A stretch of 64,000 bases of DNA from an uncultured Pseudobdellovibrionaceae bacterium (GTDB taxonomy: Bacteria; Bdellovibrionota; Bdellovibrionia; Bdellovibrionales; UBA1609): NCBI GenBank assembly GCA_964453895.1, contig CAYVRZ010000022.1, positions 3,776 to 67,775 on the forward strand, written 5' to 3'. Made by a program: the position numbers and the translations under genes. Of the stretch, positions 17,127 through 28,600 are shown piece by piece (positions within the stretch are counted from its first letter, which is position 1; each line of letters begins with the position of its first letter). The notes beneath the pieces were generated by a model, which did no database searches, was not told where the DNA came from, and saw only the letters and a list, made by a program, of their open reading frames with translations.

Positions 17127-17866
17127 ACGCCATTGGAGTGATCCCCGCGCGCTACGCTTCGACCCGCTTTCCCGGCAAACCGCTCAAACTTATTCTGGGC
17201 AAACCACTTTTACAGTGGGTGATTGAAGCCGCAAAGACCGCGCGAACGCTCGACGACGTTTGGGTGGCCACCGACCACGAAGAGATTTACAATTTGGCCC
17301 AGTCTCTGGGCACCAAAGCCGTGATGACATCTCCAGATTTAGTCAGCGGCAGTGATCGTGTCTATGCCGCCGTCAAAGATCAAATGGTCGATGTGGTGGT
17401 GAATATTCAGGGCGATGAGCCCTTGATATCTGGGCAGCTCCTCGATCAGCTCGTCTCTCCGTTACTGGATGACACCTCTTTACCGATGGCCACCTTAGGG
17501 CGACCGCTTCGCCCCGGGGATCTTGAAAGTTTGAACACCGCGAAAATCGTTCTCAACGAAAAATCTGAGGCTCTTTACTTTAGTCGCCATCCCATCCCTT
17601 ATTCTCGGCAGGGCATGCTTGCCGCGCCGGGTGAGGCCGCCTGCCTTAAGCACATTGGAATATACGCTTTTAGAAAATCGTTTTTAGCTAAGTTCTGCCA
17701 AAACGGACCCAGCGCACTAGAGATGGCCGAAGGTTTAGAGCAACTGCGAGCGCTTTATTTGGGGGCCCGCATTCGCGTGGTGAAAGTTGAGCACGAATCA
17801 TGGGGTGTCGATACCCCGGATGATGTAGCGAAAGTGGAAGAACTTCTACGCACCAGGCAGCGCTAG
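17123..17866 (+). CDS. kdsB: 3-deoxy-manno-octulosonate cytidylyltransferase
   Basis: IGVIPARYASTRFPGKPL and NIQGDEPL. GTG 17123 lies 8 nt after AAGGAG and overlaps the engB stop. An alternative GTG is at 17114. Confidence 0.9.
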   Translation: MNAIGVIPARYASTRFPGKPLKLILGKPLLQWVIEAAKTARTLDDVWVATDHEEIYNLAQSLGTKAVMTSPDLVSGSDRVYAAVKDQMVDVVVNIQGDEPLISGQLLDQLVSPLLDDTSLPMATLGRPLRPGDLESLNTAKIVLNEKSEALYFSRHPIPYSRQGMLAAPGEAACLKHIGIYAFRKSFLAKFCQNGPSALEMAEGLEQLRALYLGARIRVVKVEHESWGVDTPDDVAKVEELLRTRQR

Positions 17867-17928
17867 GCGTTGCGCCATCACCGCCATTGACGCGGTGAGA
17901 CTGCGCGCGATATGTTAGGCTTCAAGAA

Positions 17929-19689
17929 ATGAAGAAATCAAAGAAAACCCCACCTAGTCCGAGAACCGCGACCCGGTCGGCCGCCAAGCCGCTCGAGCAA
18001 AAATATATCTTCGTCACCGGTGGCGTGGTCTCAAGCATAGGCAAGGGGTTGACCGCCGCCTCGCTGGGAACCCTGCTTGAAGCGCGCGGACTTAAGGTCT
18101 CTTTGATGAAATGTGATCCCTACATCAATGTGGATCCGGGCACGATGTCGCCGCTCCAACATGGCGAAGTGTATGTGACCGAAGACGGCGCTGAGACCGA
18201 TTTAGATCTGGGCCATTACGAACGCTTTACCAATGTAAGTTTACGCCGAGCCAATTCGATCACCGCCGGTCAAGTGTACGAGAGCGTGATCACCAAAGAA
18301 CGTCGCGGAGACTATCTAGGCGGAACTGTGCAAGTGATTCCGCATATTACGGATGAAATTAAATCCCGTATTTATGAGGCGGCCCAGGGTAGCGAAGTGA
18401 TTATCGTGGAGATCGGCGGGACGGTTGGCGATATCGAGGGCCTACCGTTTATTGAGGCCATCCGGCAAATGCGGGTGGATGTGGGGATTGAGAATTCGAT
18501 TTTTGTTCATGTCACCTATGTGCCCTTTATCGCCGCCGCCGGTGAGTTGAAGTCGAAGCCGACTCAGCACTCGGTGAAAGAACTGATGCAGGTGGGGATT
18601 CAACCTGACTTTTTGATCTGCCGGAGCGAAAAAGAAATCACCGCGGATTTAAAAAGTAAAATCGGACTATTTTGTTCTGTGCGCCCTGAGAATGTAATTG
18701 CCGCCACCGATTCAAAAACTATTTATGAAGTTCCGTTGGTTTTGCATGACGACGGCTTTGACGAAAAAGTGGTTGAACGCCTTCATCTCGAGGCCGACGA
18801 GCCCGATATGAGCGGCTGGCGCAAAATGGTTGAGACCCTTAAAACTCCAGAGCGCGAGATCAACATCGGCATTGTGGGTAAGTATGTGGATCTCAAGGAG
18901 AGCTACAAGTCTCTGCACGAAGCTTTGGTGCATGGTGGGATTGCGAATCACTCAAAAGTGAATATTGCCTATATCGACTCTGAGACCCTGACTGACAAAA
19001 ACGTGAGTGAGGCGCTTAAAAACGTCGATGGCGTGCTGGTGCCGGGCGGTTTTGGTGAGCGGGGATCGGAAGGAAAAATCGCGGCGATTCGTCATGTGCG
19101 CGAGAAGTTGATTCCGTTTTTCGGGATTTGCTTCGGTATGCAAATGGCGGCCGTCGAGTTTGCGCGCAATGTGTGCGGCATCAAAGATGCCACCTCGCGC
19201 GAGTTTGTGGGCGACAAACAGTCGGCCCGCAATGTCGTAATCGATATGATGGAAGAGCAAAAGAAAATTCAAGGCATGGGCGGCACCATGCGCCTGGGCT
19301 CTTACCCGTGCAAAATTAAAAAAGGCACGCGCACGTTTGAGGCTTACGGCGAGACCTCAATTCACGAGCGTCACCGCCATCGCTACGAGTTCAACAACAA
19401 GTACCGCGCGCTGTTTGAGAAAAAAGGCCTGACTCTGGCGGGGATTTGCGAAGAGCGTGATTTGGTCGAGATTATCGAAATCACCGAGCATCCTTGGTTT
19501 ATTGGCGTGCAGTTTCACCCTGAATTTAAATCGAAGCCGCTCGACCCACACCCGCTGTTCAAACACTTCGTGCGCGCGTCACGCGACCACATGTTGAAGA
19601 AAATTGAAAAGAGCGTGAGCGCCACCTCCAAGAAACAATCCGCCCGCGCGAGCAAAATGACTCGTGGCGGACACAGCCCGACCGTTTAA
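17929..19689 (+). CDS. pyrG: CTP synthase
   Basis: [15 protein letters not shown] and the glutaminase motif FFGICFGMQ...HRHRYE. It has basic N- and C-terminal extensions. Confidence 0.95.
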   Translation: MKKSKKTPPSPRTATRSAAKPLEQKYIFVTGGVVSSIGKGLTAASLGTLLEARGLKVSLMKCDPYINVDPGTMSPLQHGEVYVTEDGAETDLDLGHYERFTNVSLRRANSITAGQVYESVITKERRGDYLGGTVQVIPHITDEIKSRIYEAAQGSEVIIVEIGGTVGDIEGLPFIEAIRQMRVDVGIENSIFVHVTYVPFIAAAGELKSKPTQHSVKELMQVGIQPDFLICRSEKEITADLKSKIGLFCSVRPENVIAATDSKTIYEVPLVLHDDGFDEKVVERLHLEADEPDMSGWRKMVETLKTPEREINIGIVGKYVDLKESYKSLHEALVHGGIANHSKVNIAYIDSETLTDKNVSEALKNVDGVLVPGGFGERGSEGKIAAIRHVREKLIPFFGICFGMQMAAVEFARNVCGIKDATSREFVGDKQSARNVVIDMMEEQKKIQGMGGTMRLGSYPCKIKKGTRTFEAYGETSIHERHRHRYEFNNKYRALFEKKGLTLAGICEERDLVEIIEITEHPWFIGVQFHPEFKSKPLDPHPLFKHFVRASRDHMLKKIEKSVSATSKKQSARASKMTRGGHSPTV

Positions 19690-19699
19690 GGATTATTAA

Positions 19700-20680
19700 A
19701 TGTCAGCAGATATCGAAGAAGGCCGCCGCGTTTTAAAAATCGAGGCGCAATGTATTTTAGATATGGCCGAGAAGCTGAATGGCGCTTTTCAATCTTCGGT
19801 CGAAATGATTCTCGGCTGCTCGGGAAAAGTGATTGTCACCGGCATGGGCAAATCGGGGCAGATTGCACGCAAGCTCTCGAGCACCTTAAGCTCCACGGGC
19901 ACGCCGTCGCTCTATCTGCATCCGGCCGAAAGTTCGCACGGCGATATGGGCGTGCTCAGCAAGAACGACTTGGTTATCGCCTTTAGCTACGGCGGCGAAT
20001 CTCCGGAACTGGGTCACCTGTTAAATTTTTTGGCGCGCAAGAATATTCCGTTGATCGCGTTTACCGCGCGCGGGGATTCGGCGTTGGCTAAGGCCGCGAA
20101 GACCGTTCTCGATATTGCGGTTCGTGAAGAGGCCTGCCCTTTGGGGTTGGCGCCAACCTCAAGCTCAACGGCCTCATTGGCGTTGGCCGATGCGCTCGCC
20201 ATGGCTGTATTAAAGCGGCGGGGATTTAAAAAAGAAGATTTTGCCGAATTTCATCCGGGGGGCCTGCTCGGCCGAAAGCTCACATTGCGGGTCAAAGATG
20301 TTATGCACCAAGGGGATGCGCTGCCCATCGTGACCGCGCTTGAGGATATGAAAAAAGTCATTTCTCTTATGACTTCAAAAGATGTGCGCGGAGTGGCCGG
20401 AGTCGTCGACGACGGCCAAGGTTTAATTGGTATTATCACCGATGGAGACATTCGCCGCCGGCTTGAGAAAAGCACCAATCCGCTCAACGAAAAGGCGCAA
20501 GACGTGATGTCGAAGAACCCTAAGACCATCGATTGCAATGAACTGGCCGAAAAGGCCGCGTTCCTGATGCAACAGTTTAAAATCGACCGTTTATTCGCCA
20601 TTGATCGCCAGGCGCCCAATCCCAACCGGCCGGTGGGTCTGATCCATTTTCAAGACCTGCTCAACGCGGGGATTCGCTAG
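19700..20680 (+). CDS. kdsD: Arabinose-5-phosphate isomerase (KdsD/KpsF; SIS plus tandem CBS)
   Basis: SIS motif VIVTGMGKSGQIARK. The C-terminal CBS pair is GVVDDGQGLIGIITDGDIRR ... LIHFQDLL. Confidence 0.9.
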   Translation: MSADIEEGRRVLKIEAQCILDMAEKLNGAFQSSVEMILGCSGKVIVTGMGKSGQIARKLSSTLSSTGTPSLYLHPAESSHGDMGVLSKNDLVIAFSYGGESPELGHLLNFLARKNIPLIAFTARGDSALAKAAKTVLDIAVREEACPLGLAPTSSSTASLALADALAMAVLKRRGFKKEDFAEFHPGGLLGRKLTLRVKDVMHQGDALPIVTALEDMKKVISLMTSKDVRGVAGVVDDGQGLIGIITDGDIRRRLEKSTNPLNEKAQDVMSKNPKTIDCNELAEKAAFLMQQFKIDRLFAIDRQAPNPNRPVGLIHFQDLLNAGIR

Positions 20681-20722
20681 GCAAGATCCGGGTCTCACAT
20701 TTGCAATCAACCCGTGCAGTCT

Positions 20723-22258
20723 ATGCGCACGTTGGTTGTTTTAGCCGTATTTTTGGGGATTCCGCTCGCGGAAGGCACTTTAAGCCCTTCTAGCGAGGCC
20801 GAGCACTGGCGGCAGTCGGGTATAGATTCCAATTACGTCCATCGCTTTGTCAAAAATGAGCACTGCTCAAAGAGCCCCCTGTGGCGGGAAGCCTGTACGC
20901 GCGGGATCCATCGGGGACTTCGTTTTATCGAGGACAGCGCACAATACTCCATTTTAAAGGCCGAATTCGACTCTCAAGTGCAGCAAGATAAGCCCAATTT
21001 CGCTGCTTGGATTGGTAGACTTGAGAATGAGAAAACGCTTTTTTCTAAGGCCATGATGTGGGGTTATATGGTCAACGCCGTTCTCACGACATTTGATGCC
21101 CATTCGCGAATTCAGCCCTTTGGTATCAACAAAACGGTGGGCAGCGGGGCGCACGACGAAATCGGTGTGGGTTTACAGTTTGAGGTGGGGCCCGAGGCGG
21201 TCAAGGTTCGGCGGGTTTTTCCAAAGTCACCGGCCGCGGAGGCGGGGATCGCGGTGAACGATCGACTTGTCGCCATCGATAGCCGCCCTGTAGGCGAAGG
21301 GTTGGACGCTTTCGCCTCTTTGCGGACTTTGCGCGGGGCCGCCGGTCGATCAACCCGGGTTACATTCGAGCGCGGTGGCGCAAAAATAGAAAAAACCCTG
21401 AAGCTCGAAAAGATTCACATTCCAGATGTCACCGGCAAAACCTTGAAGATGCTCGATCGGCGCGTTTCAGTGATCTCGATTCACGCCTTTAACGCCGGAG
21501 TTTGTCAGGCCGTGCAAGACTTGGTGCGCGCGGCTGCGATTGAGAAAGCCGATGGTTTAATTCTCGATCTACGGTTTAACCCCGGGGGCAGAAACAACGA
21601 AGCGGTGTGTATTGGCAAAATATTTGCCGGTGTGGATGCGCATCTTTCTTTTTACAACTACTTCACCGCCTCGTTGCTGCCCTCTGAGTTGGATTTGAAG
21701 CCGACCGTGTTTGTAGGTTCCTATCCCGACGAGGCAACTATTGTTCCTGAAGTTCAATTTTTATCTGTTCCGCTCGTCGTGTTGGTAAATTCGACCACCG
21801 CAAGTGTTTCTGAGATGTTGGCGGCGGGGCTGCAGGATCTCGAACGGGCGTGGATTGTGGGCGAGCCGACCCTGGGAAAGGGAACCTTTCAATTGAACGG
21901 ACCTCTCCACTTCGAGAGGAATCTGCAGTTTCGTCACTCGATCTGCCAGGTGATCCGACCGATTGGCGGCACCATACAGGGCACGGGAGTAACCCCCAAC
22001 TTCATCGTTCCGTTCGAGTCGGCCGATTTAGGTAAGAGCCGGACTTTTTTAAAAGAGAAGGACCTCTTTCCGTATGCCGTTGCTCCCGCCTCGCCGGTGA
22101 ATTGGGTCGAAAAGCGTGGGCACCGGCACGATGCCTTAAAAAAATGTATCCAAGACCAGGGGTGGGGCGGGCAATCCGCCCGCAAATTGCGTAAACGCGA
22201 TGGTTTTGAAGACTACCAGCAGGCCTTTGCGTTGGCCGCGCTTCGTTGCGGAACATAA
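20723..22258 (+). CDS. S41-family (C-terminal processing) peptidase with a PDZ domain
   Basis: Signal MRTLVVLAVFLGIPLAEG. PDZ: VKVRRVFPKSPAAEAGIAVNDRLVAID. S41 block: LILDLRFNPGG ... NSTTASVSEMLA. Confidence 0.75.
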   Translation: MRTLVVLAVFLGIPLAEGTLSPSSEAEHWRQSGIDSNYVHRFVKNEHCSKSPLWREACTRGIHRGLRFIEDSAQYSILKAEFDSQVQQDKPNFAAWIGRLENEKTLFSKAMMWGYMVNAVLTTFDAHSRIQPFGINKTVGSGAHDEIGVGLQFEVGPEAVKVRRVFPKSPAAEAGIAVNDRLVAIDSRPVGEGLDAFASLRTLRGAAGRSTRVTFERGGAKIEKTLKLEKIHIPDVTGKTLKMLDRRVSVISIHAFNAGVCQAVQDLVRAAAIEKADGLILDLRFNPGGRNNEAVCIGKIFAGVDAHLSFYNYFTASLLPSELDLKPTVFVGSYPDEATIVPEVQFLSVPLVVLVNSTTASVSEMLAAGLQDLERAWIVGEPTLGKGTFQLNGPLHFERNLQFRHSICQVIRPIGGTIQGTGVTPNFIVPFESADLGKSRTFLKEKDLFPYAVAPASPVNWVEKRGHRHDALKKCIQDQGWGGQSARKLRKRDGFEDYQQAFALAALRCGT

Positions 22259-22339
22259 GAATCGACGGGTTCTCGACCCAAGACCTGAATCCGATTTTAC
22301 CGAATATACAAATATATAGATTGTCTCTAACATCAAATC

Positions 22340-23083
22340 ATGACGAAAAAGACGGTACTTCTTTTTTTGATGTTGCTTGCGCCCGTGATGAGTTTCGCCG
22401 ACGAAATCGAAGTTCCCGAAGAGGAACTCGCTCGCGAAACCACTCTTCCCGTATTCGATAAACGTCGGATCGTTTTGAACCGCAGCGTTCTCACCGAAAA
22501 GAAAATCGAAATTGGCGCCGGCTTCGGCCTTGAGATGAATGAGCCGTTCTATAACGACTACATGTTCAACTTGCAGGGCACTTACAACCTCACCGATGTG
22601 CACGCGATAAATGTTCTCGGACTGTTTTGGATGGATGGCTTAAGTAACTATGGTGAACAGCTTAAGCAGGGTAAACCTGTCTCGGCGGCCAATCCCCTCG
22701 GCGTGGACCCCTTTGATGCCTCGAAGGCGCCACATCCGGTGTGGGCGCTCTTTGCAAATTACGAGTTTATCGCCTACTACGGAAAGATTTCCATCAGCAA
22801 GCTAGGCGTGATGAATCTAAATACGTTCGGCATCGCGGGACTGGGTTACATTAATATGGATTCGGTGAGTTCGTTCGGCTTGAACCTGGGCCTCGGGCAA
22901 AACTTTTTCTTCACCAAAAATTTTGGTCTTCGTTTTGACCTGCGTTACTTAATCTTTCAAGGCCCAAATCCGTCGACAAGTGGGGTGCGTCTGCGTCCGC
23001 AAGACAATCCGAGCCCCGGTCAGTTTGGCGACCGTATTTGGTACAACGGTCAAATCAGCCTCGCTGGCGTTTTCATACTGTAA
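22340..23083 (+). CDS. Outer-membrane beta-barrel protein, GltA/GltB-like
   Basis: Signal LLFLMLLAPVMSFA. Alternating beta-strand pattern (GAGFGLEMN, ANYEFIAYYGKISI, GLRFDLRYLIF) ending in an aromatic-rich strand. Its position heads the Glt-like cluster. Confidence 0.6.
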   Translation: MTKKTVLLFLMLLAPVMSFADEIEVPEEELARETTLPVFDKRRIVLNRSVLTEKKIEIGAGFGLEMNEPFYNDYMFNLQGTYNLTDVHAINVLGLFWMDGLSNYGEQLKQGKPVSAANPLGVDPFDASKAPHPVWALFANYEFIAYYGKISISKLGVMNLNTFGIAGLGYINMDSVSSFGLNLGLGQNFFFTKNFGLRFDLRYLIFQGPNPSTSGVRLRPQDNPSPGQFGDRIWYNGQISLAGVFIL

Positions 23084-23228
23084 CCATAATTCGCAAATTC
23101 ATTCGCCACTTACTTTGGGCTTGGTCTAGATTACATCTATATATATTCATTTTAAAAAATTCATTCTGTATCCTTGAGTTAGGTATATCTGGCTGCAGGC
23201 AAACCCTACAGCCAGAGATTTCTACAAC

Positions 23229-24092
23229 TTGGGGTATGCAAGCTTGTTACAACATCTTCGAACCGCACTAATTATAAGTAGTCTCTTCGCGTTCACCCAC
23301 GCGTGGGCCCAAGATTTGGAAGGCGAAACTTCCACATCGAGTGCTCCTGCGGCATCTTCTGGCAGCGGCGCCGAGATGGAAATCGAATCGCTCTACGACA
23401 AAGAAGAAGATAAACAAACCGCTGCGCCCAAAGCCAAAGCGCGCAGCTCCGAAAAAGAAGCACCCAAAGAAGTCACTTCCCTCTCGGACCTCGCGACCTT
23501 GGCTCCGTTTGATGACGTGGCCGTAATCCAGCGGCGCTTTCTGCCGAAAACCGGCCGCTTCGAGTTGTCGGGCACTTTGTTCTCGAATCTGAACAACCCT
23601 TTCTTTAACTCCATGGGTGCCGGGCTTCGCGCCGCATACTACATTCGCGAACAGTACGCGATTGAGGGGCTTTTTACTTTTGCGACGACAAGTTCGCGGC
23701 AAGTGACCGACGACATCGAGAAGAACAACGGCATCTCGACCGACAACGTGGTGACGAGCAAGGGCTACATGGGAGCGGCGCTCAAATGGAACCCGATCTA
23801 CGGCAAAATTACTTGGCTCAACAAAGCCATCGTACCGTTTGATTTGAACTTCTCCATCGGCGGCGGGATGACCCAGACCACCGACGGTGAAAGTTCTCCC
23901 ACTCTGCACATTGGTTCTTCACAAGTTTTCGCCTGGACCAAGTCGATGGCGTTTCGCTGGGATGTGATCTGGAATATGTATTCGGCAAACGCCACGTCCG
24001 ACGACGGCCGAACTAAAGAAAAATTGAGTCAAAACGATTTGTTTCTCGGCTTTGGAATGAGTTTCTACTTCCCTGAGGCGGGTTACCGATGA
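23229..24092 (+). CDS. Second outer-membrane beta-barrel protein, GltA/GltB-like paralog
   Basis: Signal LIISSLFAFTHAWA. Shares blocks with 22340-23083 (AVIQRRFLPKTGRFELS; WNPIYGKITWLNK; MAFRWDVIW). Terminal GFGMSFYFP. The start is TTG 23229 or 23244. Confidence 0.6.
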   Translation: MGYASLLQHLRTALIISSLFAFTHAWAQDLEGETSTSSAPAASSGSGAEMEIESLYDKEEDKQTAAPKAKARSSEKEAPKEVTSLSDLATLAPFDDVAVIQRRFLPKTGRFELSGTLFSNLNNPFFNSMGAGLRAAYYIREQYAIEGLFTFATTSSRQVTDDIEKNNGISTDNVVTSKGYMGAALKWNPIYGKITWLNKAIVPFDLNFSIGGGMTQTTDGESSPTLHIGSSQVFAWTKSMAFRWDVIWNMYSANATSDDGRTKEKLSQNDLFLGFGMSFYFPEAGYR

Positions 24093-25654
24093 AGCGTGTA
24101 ATTGTAACTCTTCTAGTGATGTCCTTTACGTTCCCGATGACTGCAGAGGCGCAACGTAGCCGAAATACTCAGCGCACGCGTTCGGGTAGCACTACAGGGG
24201 GCGAACGAGAGCTCGCCGACGCGCTGGCCATGGCAAAAGCAGGAAAGTATGTCGAAGCGTCGCAACGTCTGTTTCAACTGAGCTATTCACCGCGCTATCG
24301 CGAGCGCCGCATGCAGATCAAATATATATTGGGAATGACCCTTCACCAATTGAAGTTGAACCAGGTCTCGGCCTTTCAATTTATCGGTGTGGTGAAAGAG
24401 GGCAATAATAAGTACATCAAGCAAAGTCTTGAGCGCCTGTCTCTGGCCGCCGATGCACTGGGCGACGACACTTTGTTGAACTACGCCATTTCGCGGGTGA
24501 ACGTCGATGAGTTCCCTCGCGCTCACCGCGATATGTTGCACTACCGGATTGGTGAGTACCAAATGCGCAACCGGCAGTTTGAAGAGGCGTCACGGAGCTT
24601 TGATCGCGTGACCAAAGGCCACACTCTGTATAATACCTCTCGCTATCAGCAAGCCCTTTCTCTTGCCGAATCGAATCAGACAGATCGAGCGTTAGCGATT
24701 TTCGAAGAGCTGTTGCAGTCGCGCGCCAACGCCAACGTGACTGACAAAGCGCGCGTGGCCGCCATGATGGGTAAAGCCCGCGTACTTTACCAGCGGCAAG
24801 CTTGGGACAACGCGATTGAAACCTATCGCGAAGTTCCGCGCGATTCGGAGTTTTGGCACGATACGATTTTCGAATCCTCCTGGGCCATGCTCCGCAGCGG
24901 TCGATTCCGTTCGGCGCTCAGCAACTTCCACTCTCTCCACTCGGCCTTCTATGAAGACTTCTACCTGCCCGAATCGCTTCTGCTGCGTTCGATCGTTTAT
25001 CTATATATCTGCAAGTACGATGAGATGGACAAGGTCTTGAATCTGTTCAACCGCATCTATAAGCCGGTCTACGACCAGATCGACAAGGTCCTCGACAACG
25101 TAACCAAGTCCGATCGCTACTTCACCATGATCAACGATATGATGCGGATCAATAAATCCGGCAAATCCACCGGCAAAATGAGCATGCCGTTGCCCTATCT
25201 AGTGGCGCAAAAAATCACGCGCGAGGCGGACTTTCAAAACACGTTTCAATATATTCGCAAACTGATCGAAGAGAAAAAGCGAATCGAAAAGCTGCCGATC
25301 CAATGGCAGAACTCTTCTGTGGGTAGTTACGCGAAGAAAGTTTTAAACACGCGCCTCGTGAAAGCCAAACAAAAGGCCGGAAAGATCGTGCGTAATCACC
25401 TCTTAAATATCAAAGAAGAGCTGATCGATCTGGTCGAGCAAGAAGGCTTCGCTCGCTACGAGATGATCAATGGACGTAAAGAAACTCTCAAGAAGAAAAT
25501 CGCCGGCAAAGAGCTACCTGAGCAGACCATTGACGCCGGCAATCAGCGCGATTTTTACATCCAGAACGGCTTCGAATACTGGCCGTTCCGGGGCGAATAT
25601 TGGTTGGATGAATTAGGGAACTATCACTATGTCGGCACGCAAAGTTGTAACTAG
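24089..25654 (+). CDS. Periplasmic TPR-like protein (GltC-like position)
   Basis: Signal MKRVIVTLLVMSFTFPMTAEA. Helical-repeat composition. The ATG overlaps the upstream stop. Confidence 0.5.
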   Translation: MKRVIVTLLVMSFTFPMTAEAQRSRNTQRTRSGSTTGGERELADALAMAKAGKYVEASQRLFQLSYSPRYRERRMQIKYILGMTLHQLKLNQVSAFQFIGVVKEGNNKYIKQSLERLSLAADALGDDTLLNYAISRVNVDEFPRAHRDMLHYRIGEYQMRNRQFEEASRSFDRVTKGHTLYNTSRYQQALSLAESNQTDRALAIFEELLQSRANANVTDKARVAAMMGKARVLYQRQAWDNAIETYREVPRDSEFWHDTIFESSWAMLRSGRFRSALSNFHSLHSAFYEDFYLPESLLLRSIVYLYICKYDEMDKVLNLFNRIYKPVYDQIDKVLDNVTKSDRYFTMINDMMRINKSGKSTGKMSMPLPYLVAQKITREADFQNTFQYIRKLIEEKKRIEKLPIQWQNSSVGSYAKKVLNTRLVKAKQKAGKIVRNHLLNIKEELIDLVEQEGFARYEMINGRKETLKKKIAGKELPEQTIDAGNQRDFYIQNGFEYWPFRGEYWLDELGNYHYVGTQSCN

Positions 25655-28600
25655 CCTCTTTATCGCCACTGCGGTTCTCTCTTCGGGAGTCGCAGAGGCA
25701 CAAAAAGGCGCCAAATCCAAAACGGTGGGCGATCTTCTAAAGAAGATCGAGGCCAACACCAAATCGGTGAAGTTCACCAAGGGCCAAACTTCGCTCCCAT
25801 CCTTTAAAAAAGTGGTCACCGAGCCGGTCAAGCGGGTCGATCTTTACCAGGTCAAACCGCCGTCGCGTTCGCGCTTGTATTATGAAGAAGGCACGAACGA
25901 GGCCGAACTCGAGAAGGTCACCGACCAAGGGATCAGCCAGCTCTATAAATTGACCCAACAATTTAAGACCAGCAAACGCCGTGGCGAGTTGTGGCTGCGT
26001 TTGGCGGAACTCTATGTCGAAAAATCGCGCCTGATTGAATATCGTATCCAACAGAACTACGACGACAAACTGCGCAACTACCAAGCTAAAAAAACGCAAA
26101 TTAAACCCAAGTTGGATTTAAAAGAAGCGCAAGACTACAATCGCCGCGCGGTTCAGCTCTATGAATGGTTTCTCCGCGACTTCCCGAAAGATCCCAAAAT
26201 CGATCAGGCGTTGTTCTTTCTTGGTTATAACTATTTTGAGTTGAATCAGCCTGAACGCGGTAAAGACTATTACACGCGTTTAACTAAAGAGTATCCGCGC
26301 AGCTCGTACATCGAAGAATCGAACTTCGCCTTGGGTGAATACTACTTCGAGCGCGAACTTTGGCCCGACGCCCTTAAACATTATTCGGCCGTGGCCAACA
26401 ACAAGCGCGCTCGGCTTTACAGTTTCGCCCTTTATAAAACCGCCTGGTGCCAATACAAAACGGGCCAAGTTCGCCCGGCACTCGTTTCTCTAGAGAAAGT
26501 AATTCGTGCTGGCCGCGTGGCGAAAGGCGACAAAGACGGATCGGCTGGCGGGATCAGTCGCATCCGGCTCGCGACCGAAGCGCAAAAAGATCTTGTGGTG
26601 TTCTACGCCGAAGCTGGAACCCCACAGGGCGCCCGCTCTTACTTTGAAGAAATCGCCGGTGAAAAGGCCACTTACACTCTGCTTGAGAAATTGGCCTACT
26701 ACTACTCGGATACGGGCAACCGCGAGGGCGCGCGTCTGATTTTCCGCGATTTGATTCAGGAGCGTCCGCACGCGCCCAAAGCGTACGACTATCAATATCA
26801 AATCGTGACCATGTACACTTCGACCGATAAGCCCGAAGTTTTTCGTGCGGAATTGTTCTCGTGGATTCAGAACTATTCTCCGAACAGCGAATGGGCCGAG
26901 GCCAATAAAAAAGATAAAGAGCTTGTCACTCGCGCCTATCAGCTGATCGAGACGACTTTGCGCAATCACATTTTGCAGCAGCATCAGACGGCGCAGAACT
27001 CCCGGGTGCCTGCGGCGCAGAAGGCCGCCAAGCTCGGCTACGAACTTTACTTTCAGACCTTTAAAGACAGCTCGAAACTCGACGAGATGCACTTCTTCTT
27101 CGCCGAACTCCTGTTCGACATGAAAGAGTACGAAGTGGCCGCCGCGCACTACGCCTGGGTCACCGAGAACGCGAAGAACTCGCCATACTATGAGAAATCG
27201 GCTCTCAACACCGTGCTCGCCGCTGAAAAAGGCCTGCCCGAAGAGGCCCAGCTTAAGAAAATGGTGGGCGAGAGTGTAGATCCGCAGCCGTTTGACAAAA
27301 ACATCAAGGCGTTTGAAGTCGCCGCGACAAAATATGTGAAAGACTTTCCGCGCGGTGAAAATGTTCCCGCGATGCGCTTTAAATTGGGAACGCTCTACTA
27401 CTATCACAACCAGTTTGATGCCGCGCTCGCCTCCTTTAAGAGCATCTCTAAAGATTATCCGAAGTCGCAGTACGCCAAGTTCTCGACCAACCTGATTCTC
27501 GATATCTTTAACTTGAAAAAAGATATGGGCGGACTGCAAGCCTTCGCGCAGAGCACTTTGGACGACGATAGCCTCGATGCGGCCACTCGCAACGAAGTGA
27601 AGGCCGTCCTTCAGCGAGCGGAGTTTAAGAACGCCAACGACCTCGAGGCTGCTAAAGACTACGCGGGCGCCGCTAAAGCCTACGAAGAGTTCGCTAAGAA
27701 AAATCCGGGCGGTGAGCTTGCGGTATCGGCGTCCTTTAACGCGGCCGTCAGCTATGAGCGCGCGGGCGACCCCTTTAAGGCCATCGGCATGTACGCCATC
27801 TTGCTTGCGAACAGGGACCCGAAGCACGAGAAACTGCGCAAGGATTCGAGCCAGTTTATCGCGGCTCTTTATGAAAAAACCGGCCAGTATCAAAAGGCCG
27901 CCGAAGCCTATGAGAACTACGCGGCAAAGCACCCGAAAGAAAAAGAAGCCGCCACCTATTACTTCAACGCCGCGATTATTCGCGACGGTATGAACGCCTA
28001 CGGTCAGGCCACCAACAATTATCAGAAGTTCCTCGATATGAAACGAGGCTCTGAAAAATTCGATGCCATCTTCTTAATGGCTAAACTCAACGAGCGGCGC
28101 GGAAACTTGACCAAGGCGCAAGAGTTCTACAAACAATATTTGTCGGTGGGTGGCAACAACGCGAACAGCGTTATGGACGCCGTTGTTGCGATCGCGCAGA
28201 TCGACAAGAAAAAAGGCAAACGAGCTGAGGCCGACGCCGGCTGCAAAAAAGTGATCGCGACTCATAAACGTCTGGCGACCAAAGAGAATCCGATTGGAGC
28301 TTCGGCCGCGGCGGAATGCAAATACGGAACGGTTTATAAAACGTTCGAAGATCTTCGTGCGATCCGCATTCCCAGCAACCCGGCCAAGCAACAGGCGGCC
28401 GTGCAAGATAAACTTCGCATGTTGAACCGGCTGAAAGAGCAGCTCAAAGAGGTCATCGCGTACGATGACGGTCCGACGGTGGTGAACTCCCTCGCCTTGA
28501 TCGGTCAGGCCTATCAGCATATGGCGGCGGCGATTTATGCAGTGCCGGTGCCGAAAGGCCTCGATGCCGAGGGCTTAGCCCAGTATAAAAAAGGAATCGA

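Noticed and set aside
22136-22603. 155-aa minus-strand ORF spanning the S41 peptidase/OM-barrel junction
   Set aside because: It overlaps two well-supported plus-strand genes and their AT-rich spacer, and has no motif.
22301-23150. ATATATAGAT upstream of the first OM-barrel gene and its reverse complement upstream of the second, plus AAATTCATTC x2 at 23093/23156
   Set aside because: These are low-complexity AT-rich promoter DNA. A 10-bp match of this composition is plausible by chance, so I am not reporting it as a site.
26490-27932. 480-aa minus-strand ORF
   Set aside because: It lies entirely antisense within the 1286-aa TPR gene, which has a signal peptide and clear repeat structure. The composition is Arg/Leu/Phe-rich shadow-frame.
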